The notes under the pieces were generated by a model. The model did not search any database. It saw only the letters and a list, made by a program, of their open reading frames with translations, and had not been told where the DNA came from. A DNA stretch of 64,000 nucleotides, from positions 3,256,073-3,320,072 of the forward strand of contig JBNZDD010013650.1 in the NCBI GenBank assembly GCA_050575255.1, written 5' to 3'. This DNA comes from Harriotta raleighana (Eukaryota). The position numbers and the translations under genes were made by a program. Below, in pieces: positions 25,574 through 39,045 of the stretch (the first letter of the stretch is position 1; every line of letters starts with the position of its first letter).

Positions 25574-27896
25574 ATCTGTGCTTCTATTACTCTTCCTTTT
25601 TGTTTGTGTCCTTCACTCTGGTATTTGTGGGCAGCCGTTGCAGCACAATTGGACACAGCAATGTCCCACAAACAGCCATATCTGTGATCGCGGTAGTGTG
25701 CTTCATTGTCTGTAAATTCCCATCCATACCTCTCCGACCTACTCATTCACTCCCCACTCTACAACCCGCCTCCTCCGTTTTGTTGGCTCTGGTCACCTCA
25801 CCTCCTCCCCCATGCCCCTGGCTCGGCGAATTGCACAAAATCAAAATTAGAGCTGAAGGAAATGAAGCCAAAGTGGAGTCATTTGTGAGACCAATGCTTC
25901 CAAAATATCTAATCTGAACATAAGAACAGGGGTAGGCCATTCAGTTTCTCGAGCCTGCTGTGCAATTTAATTGGATTGCTGCCTCTCTTCATATTTTTAA
26001 TGCTGTTTCCTGCTCTTTCTTCATCCCTTAATACATTTATATTCCAAATAACTTTCTCCCTTTTAAACACCCCATTGATTCCTCATTTGTGCCCTAAGGG
26101 CAGTGGATTTACCCATTTTCAATGACAATTTAGAAGTTTCTACCAAATATAACTGCATCCCACTTCAATCGGGTTAAACATATTGGACAGAAAGCGTTGC
26201 TTTTAATAGAGCAAGCACAGAAATAATGGGTCAAATGGCATTCTGTGCTGTTAATAACCATGGTTCTATGATTAAACTCCACAAACTATGTTTCGATAGA
26301 AGTAGATTCATTGTTTGACCTGATTTGCAGTGTACCCTGAGTAAATGCAGAACACTTTGAGCTCAAGTGCCAATTGGCCCTGTTGTTGTTGCCTCTGGAC
26401 CAGAACATTGTGAACCTAAATCAAACCTGCAGTACTTGAGACTGTGGAACCCCAATGCTTCCAGAAGGGAAGGGGTACAAATTTGAAAGGGGAAGGGAGG
26501 AAAAGAAACCTTTGTTTTAATTGATTGCATCCACCAGTTTTGCAATGAGGAATGGCGTCTCTTTTGTTCTCCAGTCCTGAGAACGTTGGGTTGACAGTGC
26601 TAATCCAGACCGCATAGAAGCGGCAGCCAAGAGCACTTGGCTCGTGGAAAAGAAGTCTGTGGTTTTACAATAAATCAGAGAAGAATATTCTGGGCATGAA
26701 ATGGATCTTGTCAAATATTTCCAAACTGCTTTCATTACCCACCCAGTAATTACCTTCATAGGAAAGAGATTAGCCTCTGGATGCTATGGTGGACCTGTAA
26801 AAACACTGCAGAATACGTCAGTGAGACGATGTTTATGTAATTTGGTACAGAAATCTCTCAATCAGCCTTGAATGGGATTTTGCCTGAGGGGTGACATTAT
26901 GGAATTAAAATTACAATTTGGATTGTGAAAGTATGAAACCATGCTTGCCACAAACAGTGTATTTTTTTTACATTAAATAACTCTTTACCTTTGTTCAAGT
27001 GCACACTTTTATTTTCTCCCCTAAGTTTCTCTGTTGCCTCTCTTGAACAGACTAAATCAAGCTGGTCTATGGAGCCTGCATAGCTCTTGAATGGTCATTC
27101 TTCCTATGTGAGCCAACACACTGTTGCCAGGGTATTTGACTGTAGCATTGTGTCTCACTCTGATCCTACTCTTGTCCAATATCCACAAGCATATTTTTCA
27201 GCAAACATCACCTTGGCTGATTTCCTTTTGCCCCTCCCTATTGCAGAGCCATTCCTCCCCCTTTTCTTTTTCCTTTGTTTGGTTTGCAGCCGATGGCAAT
27301 TTTCATGGCATTTCCTGGAGCTAGGATCTGGTTGTGGCATAGGCTGTCTCCTGACGTGAAAGGCGCTTCTATAAATGTAATTTTGTTGTTGTTGTCTCTT
27401 TTTACCCGAAGAACTTCCTGCAATACTGAAGTCTGCCAGAAGAAGTGGCTTTATGGCAGTACACTGAGACCTGTGGATGCCAAATAGCTTGTGGCAGGGA
27501 TTTAATTGCAGTTATTTCTTTAATTTGCCATGTCCAATTAGTATAATTATGTAGAGATTTACACGACAAAACAGAGTATGATAGAAATGTACAATGAATC
27601 AACATCTGTATGAGAATGCGGGGTGTTCCATATCTTTTCCTGTAATGCAGGAGTAATGCAGCATTTATCTGGGTCATTGCTGCGGTAAGGGGAGAGGTGG
27701 AATGATACATAGATTGGAAGGAGCAGAAACAAAGATCCCCCAGGGAAAATGCTCTCACCCTATTTCCTGCACAATGTATGCCTGTGTATCTCTCCTGCTG
27801 TTGGCCACTTTATCCCCACTTTGTCCTGCAAACAAACAGAAGAATGAAAATCTCCATAGCCAATTTGGGGGGGGAAATTGCGGGTGGGTGAAAATG

Positions 27897-28097
27897 TGGA
27901 TGAAACACGGCAGCCAATTGCCCACAGCGGTGTCCCACAAACAGTCGTAGATTGCAATGACCAATTTATTATTGTTTCTTTTTGAGGGATTATTATTATG
28001 TGTGAGGAGGAAACTTGCCCAAGGTTTCGTCCTGTCTGGAATTGAACCCAAGTTTCTTGCGTATAAGGCGAGTGCTCTAACCACTGAGCTATAGGAC
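27897..28097 (-). mobile_element. Family A SINE 5' part with internal deletion
   Basis: The reverse complement begins gtcctatagctcagtggttagagcactcgcc...gggttcaattcc, with clear A and B boxes. Confidence 0.88.
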
Positions 28098-28281
28098 ACT
28101 TACACATCCGTAATTGTTGCGCCTCAATTGACAACACATGACAAAATATGGTCTCAGTCTGGGACAAATTAACAATCTCATCCAGAGTTGTCACAAAAGT
28201 ACTTAGTTTGGGGAAATATAAATATCACACTGTGCTGTACAGTCGCTATCTTGAGATCGGTGTATTGTGGGGGTAGAGCAG

Positions 28282-28643
28282 ATGAAGGTTTCGACAGGCT
28301 AGATAGGGAAAAGCTGTTTCCGCTGGTAGGTGTGTCTGTGACCCGAGGTCACAGTCTTAAGATATCTACCAAAAGAAGCAGAGGGGAGGTTAGAAGAAAT
28401 GTTTTCACTCAGAGAGTTGTTCGAATTTGGAATGATCTGCCTGAAAGGGTAATGAGGTCCAATTCGATAGCAGCTTTTAAGAGAGAACTAGATAGGTATC
28501 TGGGGAAGACAGGCTTGCAGAGTTATGGGGAGAAAGCTGGTGATTGGGGTAAATAAAAGTGACATTGCTCTGTCAGAGAGCCAGCACAGACTCGATGGGC
28601 CGAATGGCCTCCTTCTGTGCTGTAACATTCTTTGATTCTATGA
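28282..28643 (+). mobile_element. 5'-truncated CR1 LINE with an open ORF2 C-terminus and 3' UTR (relatively young)
   Basis: GFDRLDREKLFPLVGVSVTRGHSLKI...RRNVFTQRVVRIWNDLPE...FKRELDRYL. The 3' UTR contains gatgggccgaatggcctccttctgtgctgtaa and ends attctttgattctatga. Confidence 0.92.
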
Positions 28644-28892
28644 ATGCAGCCAAGACATTTTTCTACATGAAGGTTGCTAATTGCAAGGTGTCGCTGTGCT
28701 TGGTACTAGTACCAGGCACCCAAAATTAGGAAGAGTATCATTGATGGACTTCAAAATCTGTATTGTTTCACAAACTCTTCACTGTTACAATTGTAATGAC
28801 AGCCCACCCAAGTGTATAAATGATTCAGTGACTACAGTTTCCCCCCCCCCGTGAATACCTCTGCCGATGGGGCTCTGGATGTACCAATGTAA

Positions 28893-29135
<243 letters not shown>

Positions 29136-32100
29136 TAGAGAACAAAATCATATTGCACCACATCACAGATGGTGTCTAAGCTCAGCTCAGCTGGTGAGCG
29201 AAATAATGATTATGGTTTTCAGACAGCTATGTCCCAGGTTAAGTACCTGGCTTATCGCTTAGATAACTGATCTCAGTTGAGAGCAGTGCAATTGCTTCAG
29301 TGTCTCTTGATTAAGAAAGAGAAAGTGCAGGATAGGTTCCATTGCCCACTCCTCCCTGAAGAATTTTCATGAACATGTTGAGTTGTTTGAGGGCTCATCT
29401 GCAATGCCCCAAAGAAACTACCAACAGTTACTGATGAAACGTAAGGAACAGCCATTTGTGTGTGACCAGATCTGTGGAGCCATACAACAGCTCATTTTGG
29501 CACCTGCAGCAGAGGAAAGGTTGAGAAGGGAAATAGAGTAATTAAATGATTTTATTCCAACTGTAGGAAAACACTGTTTATGTTTTCTCAAACATCAGAA
29601 TTAAACGACTGCAATGAAATAGGATGCCAGTGCGATGTATGAAGAGGGAACTGCAAAAATAGAAGTGTTTACACTAGATAAACAAAGATTAAAGGGTATA
29701 GATAAGATGGACTCCCACACTGTTTGATCCAGTCAAGGGTTCATGGACTTGAGCTCAGGATAGTGAGCCAAGAATTAGATTGGTTTACAGGATGTCAGTG
29801 AGCATTGGAATATGAAAGAGATAGCAAGCAAGAGCCATAGATATATTTTAGACAATGGGACGAGCCTGGTGGACAGCAATGCTCTTTTCTGGTCTTGTAT
29901 GTTCTTACGTTTCAAAATGAAAGCCAAGAACAAAGGAAGGTACGGTTGAGTTGGGTTGATAGAGAAATTATCCTTCAACTTGCCAAATATACAGAGTATG
30001 AGATGTTCCAATCCATAAAATGAAGCCCCAAATTTCAATCAGAAACATAGATGGTGATACATAGTACTTCCTTTTTGTTCTCAAAAAAATTGTTTGCAAA
30101 GTTAACAGATAACGCCTGCAAAATGTAATCCCCCCAGACCTTCCTTGAAATACTTGGCTTCATCCTGCATTTCACTTGTCAAAAGCTGCTATTTATGACA
30201 TGGAGATATTGGGTTGCGTGATCCTGGTGTGAAATGCCTGAGATCTAGCTCTCTGGCTCACCATTCTGTCAGTTCCTTGTAGGTGCATGAGGCGATTGTC
30301 CAAAAACCTATCAAGACAACAAATTTTTATTTATTCACGCAGTGAAGGTTTGCGCTGGGAAATGGAACACATTCAGTGTTATTGCCACAACTGGGCCAAG
30401 GTCAGCTACAGCATTTACATACAAAGTCCTTACTCCAACTATTTGCCTTCTCCCCTTAACTCACGAGAGTAACCCTTGCTGTACCAATGTGACATTTCCC
30501 TTTCCCATTGCAGTCGTCTTTGGTCTCTTTGAGTATTTTTGCCAGTTTAGTCCTGAATTTGTCTTAGATTTATGCACACATTAGGAATTGGGTAAGTCTG
30601 ATCTGGTTTCCAACAGCCAGAAGTTGGACACTGGTATTCCCATTAGTCGTCTGGGATCAAATCCAGATACAGAGGTGAAAGGACATTGTGTTAATTCATT
30701 GTACCCGCCCGGTCACACAGTTTGTGTTGCATCACTTCCCAATCAATTTCTCCCGTGTAAATGTTGTGTATCTTACCAACTTGAGTGTTTTGAGTATCTT
30801 TGCGTCTTGCTGAATAGCTGCAATGTGTGAAAATTGACTGACACTTTGGAATGTGGCATTGTGCAGAGCCAGCAGCTGTTCAGGGTAACAACATGCTGAT
30901 CTAGTATTTCTGTTTTACTCCTTTAAATATTTTGACGTAGGACAGCCATACTGTGAGCTGTGAGGCATTGGTGGCCAATGTTGTTTTCTGAGCCTGCTTG
31001 GAGCCATCTCTCACATCTCCAGTCAGACAGGTCAGCAGCACAGTGGTGGAGACCTGCAAACTGACATTCAGAGAGCAACAACCACAGGCTCAATGTGTTG
31101 ATACAGCAGCATTGCCCGACTGATGGTTCCCAGCCTTTCTCTCAAATTCAAATCCATTCGGCTCCTGTTAACCCTGCATAGCCAAAGTACTAATGAGTAG
31201 TATAGTACAAGCTGGACAAGTGGAAAAGTTTGCTGGACAGCAATATCAATGGCAAGCTATGCGGTTTTCACTGGTTAGACACCAGCAGTTATCCCAATGC
31301 ACACTCTGGGGACCCCAAACCTTGACTCTTTCCAATCTGCCCCAAACAACAGAATTAGGTAAGATGAATACGTCCTCCCAGAGGAGATTGTGCATTCCAT
31401 TCCAGCAATCTATCTCTGGGATTTCCATGTGTAGGTGGGAGGCATGGAAATCTCAGCTTGGTTTGGATACTCTTAAGCATGGTGATGGGCGCACTGCAGA
31501 CCTTAACAAAAATTGGAAACCTTGTGGATTTGATGAAACCAACCACCTTCTAATTTTATCCACTCTGAAATTCTGAAACCTGAGGCGTAGTTCTAGCATC
31601 TGAGAGTAGTGGAAAATGTAACCAAATTTGAAATTGGGGGAAAGCAAGGAGGAGAAATCCAGTTATCCACAGAAGTGTTTGATTTTGTTGAGTCCAAGAG
31701 ATCAAAGAAAGGATTATTTGTAGAGGCAGCACTTCCTCAACTCCTGCCATTTGGGTTACAATCATTGAGAGATGAAGCCTATGATGCTGGCAGGTTCTGT
31801 AACCACATTTTGTTGCATCCTAAGACATTATGTCTATCCAGATATTAGTACAATAGGGTAAAATGAAGTGGGGTGGGGGGGGAAATCCTGTGATCAGCCT
31901 GCTCAATGGATTTTTAAAAAAAGCCATGAAGATCCATTCAATGCCTTTAGTAAGATTTAGGAAGGGATGTCTGGGTATATGCCCATACTAGATACCCCTA
32001 GCTGCATTTCATTGACTCTTATGGTGCAAACCATCGTGCATTGTGCCCAAAGACTGAGGAGTACAAGCTGTGTTTCCCACAATAGGACAACTCCAAACTG

Positions 32101-32529
32101 TAAATCATAACTGCAGCATCATTATGTCCACTTATGGCTCTCATAACATCATAATTCTATTGGAGGAATGCAGCATAATTTACAAGGCCAGTAAAACTCA
32201 CAGCTATTCACTAGAGCTATGTTGCTTTATTATCACCTCCCGATTCCATCCATTTAAATAGGCTGTTCCAAAGACCACACAAACGTCAGACCAGCAACAT
32301 TTATCAGCAGCAAGGCCACATTCTAACTTTTGAACTTGTGCAGCTGTTGTCTAATTCCTTATTGGGGGAGTTTGGTTGGGGGAGGGGGGAACAAGACTGA
32401 AGATGGTGTCTCAAATTGCTCAAGATGTATAATTTCACTGGTCACCCCTGGAGAGGGATGTGTGGAGGGCTTGGCAGACATGAGACTGCCATAGCAATTG
32501 AGTGACATGTAGGTTTGGCACAAAAGATT

Positions 32530-32665
32530 AGCACGCTGGCCTTTTTGCCTCTCGTTCCTGGATTTGAATCCAATCCAGACTAAAAAGATGAAAGCCTCCA
32601 CTCCCTGCTGGCTGTAAGTGTTCTGTGTGAAGTGAAATGAATTGGGACAGTTTCAAATAGTCCAT
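32530..32665 (+). mobile_element. Old SINE head, LF-SINE-like
   Basis: ggcctttttgcctctcgttcctggatttgaatccaatccagact...gatgaaagcctccactccctgctggctgtaag...gtgaaatgaattgg. A similar minus-strand piece lies near 30630-30705. The family name comes from recall. Confidence 0.45.
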
Positions 32666-32854
32666 TTAAATTCAGTTTATAATTTGCCTTTCATGGTGTA
32701 ATTGAGGAGGCTCTACATTGCACTTGTATTTGACTGGGTCTATTATTATGAACATGTAATTAAAATGTCTGGGCTCTTGCTATGTCCTTGTGACATACGA
32801 GGCATAAAATCAAATACTGAGTTGCATTTATGGTATTAGACTAAGTTGAATGAA

Positions 32855-33290
32855 CTTTTTCTAACCCTGCGTAGATCATTGATGAAGCAACATTTGGAAT
32901 ACTGTGTATAGTTTTAGGTTCTGTACTATCAGAAGGACATTGAAATATTGCAGATGGTTTGAAAAGGAGCAACAAGATAATTCTGGGACACCAAACTCTA
33001 TATTACGAGGTAAGACTCACAGCTGAATGCGTCTCAATAGAAAAAAAGATTATGAGGAGCTATGTTAAGGTCTTTTAAGATAATGAAGGACATGGATGAT
33101 GTAAGCAGATAGCTTGACTTACTGTGAGGGCACAACTCGAGGGGTTTAAAACTAACAAACATAAATGGAAATATAGATTAGTTGAATATTCTCCCAATAC
33201 ACTCACAGATTTATGGATGGAAAAGAGCAGCTGATGTTGATTTGATTAACTTCTTTTTTAAAAAAAAAATGGATACATATCTGCTTCACA
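32855..33290 (+). mobile_element. Degraded CR1 ORF2 3' fragment
   Basis: catttggaatactgtgtatagttttagg...cagaaggacattgaaatattgcagatggtttgaaaaggagcaacaaga, corresponding to HLEYCV.F...KDI..L..V..RAT. Confidence 0.7.
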
Positions 33291-33636
33291 ACACACAGAT
33301 CGGTGTAAATTGAGATCTACAGGACATAATGATTCCTGGAATGCTGTCTGGGGAGGAAAGGAGGCCAGATTTAAATAGTGGTAATTGTACTGGAGTTCTT
33401 GGTTGATTTCACATTGGGGCTCAGGGAATACACAGGAGAAGGGAAATTATTTGGGAGTGATTATTGTTCATTTGGTGAAAATCCCGAGTCAATATGAATT
33501 TAGCATCATCGGGTTTCTTTTACTCATTTTTCCATGAGAGGTACACAGTGCATATAAACCAGGGAAAGAGGGTGGTATCTCACCTTTAGATAAAACATAT
33601 TCTAAATTGTAATTTGCTTCCTGTGATCAGAATGAG

Positions 33637-34860
33637 CAACTACAACAACAACAAAATTACATTTATAGAGTGCTTTTCACATCGGGAGAAGTCATGGAGC
33701 AGACTAGAGCCCGCTGAATGGACGGAGTGGGCTGGTTGGTAGAGAGTCAGCAAGTCGGAGAGGTAGGACGAGGCAAGGACATGGGTGGCCTTGAAAGTGA
33801 AGATGAGGATCTTGAATTCTATCCTCTGGAGGATGGGAAGCCAATGGAACTAGGCAAGAGTGTTAGTGATGGGGTCCCAGAGCCTGGTGCAGGTGAGGGC
33901 ATGAGCTGCAGAGTTTTGGATGATCAGCGGCTTGTGAATCGAAGAGTTGAAAAGGCCGACAAGGAGGGAGTTTCCGTAGTCAAGCCTAGATGTGACAAAT
34001 GTATGGGTGTGGTTTCGGAGGCCTGAAGGGTGAGGCAGTGGCAGAGTTGGGCAATGCTGGTGCTCCCAGCACCTACGGAGGTGCTGGCGCGAGCCAATCG
34101 GGGCCTCAGTCATACTGATGTTGAGCTGGAGAAAGTTGTCCTTTGTCCAGGACTTGAGGTCGGACAGGCAGGAAGTCAGGACGCTAGTTCAACAAGAACA
34201 AAATTACATTTATAGAGCGCCTTTCACATCGGGAGGACATCCCAAGGTGCTGAAAGTAGTCCTGGAGTTAAGGGTGAACTCGGAGAGGTAGAGCTGGGTG
34301 TCATCCACTTATATGTAGAAATTTACCCCATGTCTGCGGATGATGTCACCAAGGCGCATCATGTAGAGGGTGAAGAGGAGGGCACTGAGGATAGGTTCCT
34401 GAGCTACGCCACGGGACGGGTACGGGTTTTGGAAGAAAACCCATTGGCAGGCACTAAGTGGAGAAGGTTTGAAAGATAGGATCTGAAGCAATAATTGACG
34501 GTTGAAGTAGGCAGAGAGGAGGTGGAGGAGGATTGAATGTCTATATTGTCAAAGGCAGCAAGATTGAGGAGTATGAGGAGACAGAGGGAGCCCTGGTCAC
34601 AGATGATCAGGATGTCATTTGTGACCTTGACCAGAGCAGTTTCCGTGCTGCTCACAGCATGGAAGCCCGATTGGAGGGGTTCATGGAGGGAGTGGGAGGA
34701 GAGGAAAGAGCGAAGCTGGGAAGCAATGACTCTTTCAAGGACCTTGGACAGAAAAGGGAGGTTGGAGATGGGCTGGTAGTTGGAGAGCTGTGAAGCATCA
34801 AGGGAAGGTTTCTTCCGGGTGGGAATGATAGTGGCTGTATTGAGGAAAGTGTTAGGGTAG
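33637..34860 (-). mobile_element. L2 LINE ORF2/RT fragments with two 3' tails (about 33637-33700 and 34190-34255)
   Basis: Minus-strand peptides YQPISNLPFLSKVLERVIASQL...QSGFHAVSSTETALVKVTNDIL, GVAQEPILSALLFTLYM..LGDIIRRHGVNFY and HTFVTSRLDYGNSLLVGL are L2 RT motifs, broken by frameshifts. Confidence 0.92.
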
Positions 34861-35474
34861 TCTAGCACTGTTCTGCCCCATAAAATTCTCAAATTAACCT
34901 AATAATATCCCAGCGACGTTTAGAGAATTTATACAACACTTGGTTACTGTGTAGCCAGGATCGTTTCCTAATTGCTTCGATCCCACTCTGCTCAAAGATG
35001 ATCCTAACATTCCGTAACGTGAAAGAATAAATCCTGTGTGTTTATTTCAGATTGTTTCCATGACACTGGTAATATTGATCCCCACTTTTGGATGATAGAT
35101 GCTCTCATCCTCACATCTGATGTCTGATTTCTCATTCTTATATTTGGCATTCTGCCAAGTTATGTTTCCAACCACTTGTCTACTTGACATCAATGCAATT
35201 AGTAATGCCTCCTTATGAGAGGGTAATGTCAGATATTGACATCTTGTAAATGTGATCAGTTTCCCTATTTGTGTTTGTGCGGTGGAGAGGGAAATATTCC
35301 AGGGAGATTTCAATAAATCATCAGTATTGCCTTTTTCTGTAGAAGTTGCATAATTCTGCCCCCCCAGCTCCCTCCCTTCCTCGCCCAACCCATTATCAGG
35401 TCTTCTATTCTGTTGAGGTGGCATTTGTCAACCTTGCCTTTACCACAGGGATGGAAAGCCTATTACAATACTGT

Positions 35475-36858
35475 ACTCACTCCAGCCACACACATGCACA
35501 ACAATAACTCGGGGAGGTAGGTTTCAGAGAAAGTCTCAAAGCTGTGGAATCATAATAATAAAATAATCCTTGCATTTCATATACACCAAAGTAACACCAA
35601 AGGTCTCAACATGTTTCACAGATAACTGGTGTTAAGTGTAATACTTTCACATTGGAGGACATCTCAAAGTGCTATACAGGATATTATGGAAAGTGTAGTA
35701 TTTGCTCGCTGCAAATGCCCCCACAAAACTATGAAGTGAGTGAGCAATTCTAGTGGGGCAGCAATGTCATTGAGGCAACTTATCTGCCCCACTGGAGAAT
35801 TTATAAGCAGCAAGTCCTCCCCTGCATTTTGAAAAGTAATTAACATAGGCAATTAAGGAGGAAATTATGATTAAACCAGGAAATATTGCTTCCAATAAAT
35901 TAGAAATTGACATGATTTTTTTTTACAGGAGTGGTGGGTTTTACAGACATACAGTCAGTACCCTGGAATTTATAGAGCACAACACATACAAACACCATCT
36001 AGGCACTATCCATGTGTATTTCATGAAGACATGAGATTGAATTTAATCTTCTAAAGGGTGGCTTGATGTATTCGGTTTCAAACCAAGTGTTTTCATGAAT
36101 CCCCCTGATTAGAGAATAGAGCAAACTATCCTTGCATGCTGCCTGTACAAGTAAACTGTGCAGTACTACAGTATTATTATCCTAGGTCTTATTGTGCTTC
36201 AATTCCTCATCTCCAGTCTCCCTGGAAGTGTACCCAATAGAGACTTAAAATATAGCTCCTCCTCTTCCTTCTCCCCTAATGGCTACCCACTGTTCACTCG
36301 GCCATGCATTGATGGCCTTGTATCTGCAGGTCCGCAGGTGACTGATTGCCCCGTCTTTTAGCCTTGGCCAAATACTCCTTTAAAATGGACGTCTATTTTC
36401 TTTCTCTACCATTCAAGTGTTATAATGATGCAGCTATGGTCATTCTAAACTTTCTACCTGCTCTTCCACCTGTATCTCTTCCTGATCTTATTCACCTATA
36501 TTCTCCCCTGCTCCAAGAGTCATCTTTGCTCAGTTGGGAGCAACTCTTGCCTCTGCGTTATAAGAAAGTTGGTTTGATGTCCTAACATGAGCTTGTTGTC
36601 CATGTTGCCACTCCAGTGGTTATTCATTTCACTGCTGGGTGCAAATTGGTTCCTGAATTTATCTACAATTACACAGTCACTACACAGTTATTACACTTAA
36701 CACCAGTTATCTGTGAAACATGTTGAGACCTTTGGTGTTACAGGCTATATATGAAATGCAAGGATTATTTTATTATTATGGTTCCACAGGTTTGAGACTT
36801 TCTCTGACACCTACCTCACAGAGTTATTGTTGTGCATGTGTGTGTGGCTAGAGTGAGT
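35475..36858. repeat. Inverted repeat of about 170 bp (35475-35643 vs 36689-36858) with a 1045-bp spacer
   Basis: 36689 tattacacttaacaccagttatctgtgaaacatgttgagacctttggtgttac... is the reverse complement of the sequence ending at 35643. Roughly 90% identical by eye. Confidence 0.92.
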
Positions 36859-37829
36859 TAGAGGTATTTGACCAGAAGGGGACACTTCACCATCAATTAA
36901 TAGCAGGTCAAAAAGGAAAGCCGGCAGCTCCATGGATTTGAGATCCTCTACATTTTGAGTTCCTGAAAAAGAATGGGTGATATCCGCTCACATTTAATAT
37001 AATGCGCTCTGCGATGCACATTGCTGTTGTTGTAATCTAACCATTTTGTACCATCTCTTTTAGATCATTTACTTGTGGTTAGATGGGAATAGGTTGACTT
37101 TCCCAATCCAGCACATTAACTCCGAAAAATCAAAACTAATTAACCCGAAAGTCTTGCAGTCTGCACAGAAACGGATGCTGCAATCATTCCATATTAACTA
37201 TTTAATTTGCATATCCTGACCAGTTTAGTGTTACCCTCACAGGATTCCTGCAATCTTTTTCTGCCATTTTGTAATTCAACCTAAGCTGGGAAAGCAGTGA
37301 TCTGAGTCTACACTTTAACTGGGTCTGGCCTGGAAGAGGCTTGAATCTATGTAGCTTTGCCTTCCTGTTGCTGGTTTTGCTTCTCCCTCTCACTTTAATG
37401 AACAGTTTGTTTGCCAATCCCACTGACACAGCACATTGACCCAGCACACTTATTACTGTTCTCTTGCTAATTCGAGCAGACAATATTCCTTTACTGTCGG
37501 CCAAATTTGAGTATGATTCAAAGTCATCAGAAGAAAATAAAATCAAAGCTGCACGGCATTCCTTTTCAAAATGTTCCAACATTCCCCAAATTCCTCGCAC
37601 TTTCATTACATTTCATATTGTACACTACAGAGTAACTTAACAGTTTCCAGGCTTGTCTGATATCTGCAGAACAGCTGTACTTTATATTATGTCTAGGTAT
37701 AAGGTTTAACTATAGTAATTGGGATTTTTGTGCTGCCTCTTTCTCTACCCCTCCCCCCATCATTCCCTCCAAATGGATTAAGTAAAGTCTCCAATTGGAC
37801 TTGTTCTAAGTCCAGAGTCTATTTTGACA

Positions 37830-37945
37830 CTGTTCCATGCTCTAATGTGGACCTACCTTGAGCACTGGGTCCAGTTCTAGGCACCCAACTTAGCATGTGC
37901 AGTCACTGGAGATGGTGCACAGAAGGGACATCAAGCTTATTCAGG
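37830..37945 (+). mobile_element. CR1 ORF2 fragment
   Basis: ccttgagcactgggtccagttctaggcacc...ctggagatggtgcacagaaggg, corresponding to LE..VQF.AP...LEMVHRR. Confidence 0.65.
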
Positions 37946-38552
37946 TCTGTCTCGACACAAAAACATCTGAAAATATTAACACGAGAGAAAGCTGTTCAAG
38001 TTTGTTCCTTACTCACCCCATGCAAAACCTACCCTATTGTGGATTCCATCCTTACCTATTTTATCTAAAAAAGCAGAACTTTCCAATAGTAACCCAGTCA
38101 ATACTCCAGACTGTTAATCTTTACCCGGGTCTCCATTATTCAACCTCGCTCTGCATTCTTACTTGTGAAACAAGTCAACTCACAATTATAACAAAGCAAA
38201 ACAGAAATGGTTTCATCCAGACCTTTCTTGTCATCTTGGGTACCTCCACCCTTATTATTATGTGAGACATATTTCCACTCCTAATTAGAGCATTTCTTTT
38301 CTGCGAGTCTGTCTTGATTTTGAGTTGGATAATAAAAGGCAACTAAAGCCCAGAGGGAAGTAGCTTTTGCTCATAGAATAAAAGAAAATAACCTTGCTAC
38401 AAAGCTTTCCTATTGTGAAACAGTTTCACACGAGCAATCCAAGGCTCTTGCCTCCTCCTGCACTTAGCCAGCAATACATCCTACACGGAGGAACCAGTGA
38501 TATTAGTGGGAGTAGTAGCTTTGGGCAGACATTCTGTTCCAAGAAAATTTAC

Positions 38553-39045
38553 TGCAACTTGCATTTATATAGTGTCCTTCACATCTACGAGGTTTTGAAG
38601 TGCTTTACAAAGATAGTATTGAATAATGAGAAAGAGAGAGGAGAGTGAGAAATGCCCATAGACACAGCCGAAGAGAACGATTTTAAAATGGGATTTGAAG
38701 ATCAATAGAAGAGAAGAGAGAGGGAATTCCAGAGGTTAGAAGCATAGTATTGAAAGGCTCAATCACTGATTGGATCAGGGAAGAGACAGGGGATGTTTGG
38801 CAATTTCACGTCAGTCTGGAAGAGTAGGAGAGCAGAGGACTGGAATAAACAAATCAGAGATTGGGAAGTGCTGGGACATGAAGTGTTGATGGCGAGGAAC
38901 TTAAAATCTATCCTCAGTGAGACGGTGGAGGCTGGAGAGGACTCGGGAGTTTGGTGCATGTGAAGATGAAGGAAGTAGCATTTTAGATCATCTGGAGTTT
39001 GTGGATGGTGCAGCTGGGGAAGTGAAGCGAGGAGTGCATTTGAAG
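38553..39045 (-). mobile_element. Old L2 3' fragment
   Basis: Tail caacttgcatttatatagtg. Also gagggaattccagagg and ...tagcattttagatcatctggagtttgtggatgg. Confidence 0.6.

Noticed and set aside
34309-34892. Reverse-transcriptase-like ORFs as a functional or domesticated RT
   Set aside because: Frameshifted, with the YADD motif destroyed and internal deletions. This is an ordinary dead L2.
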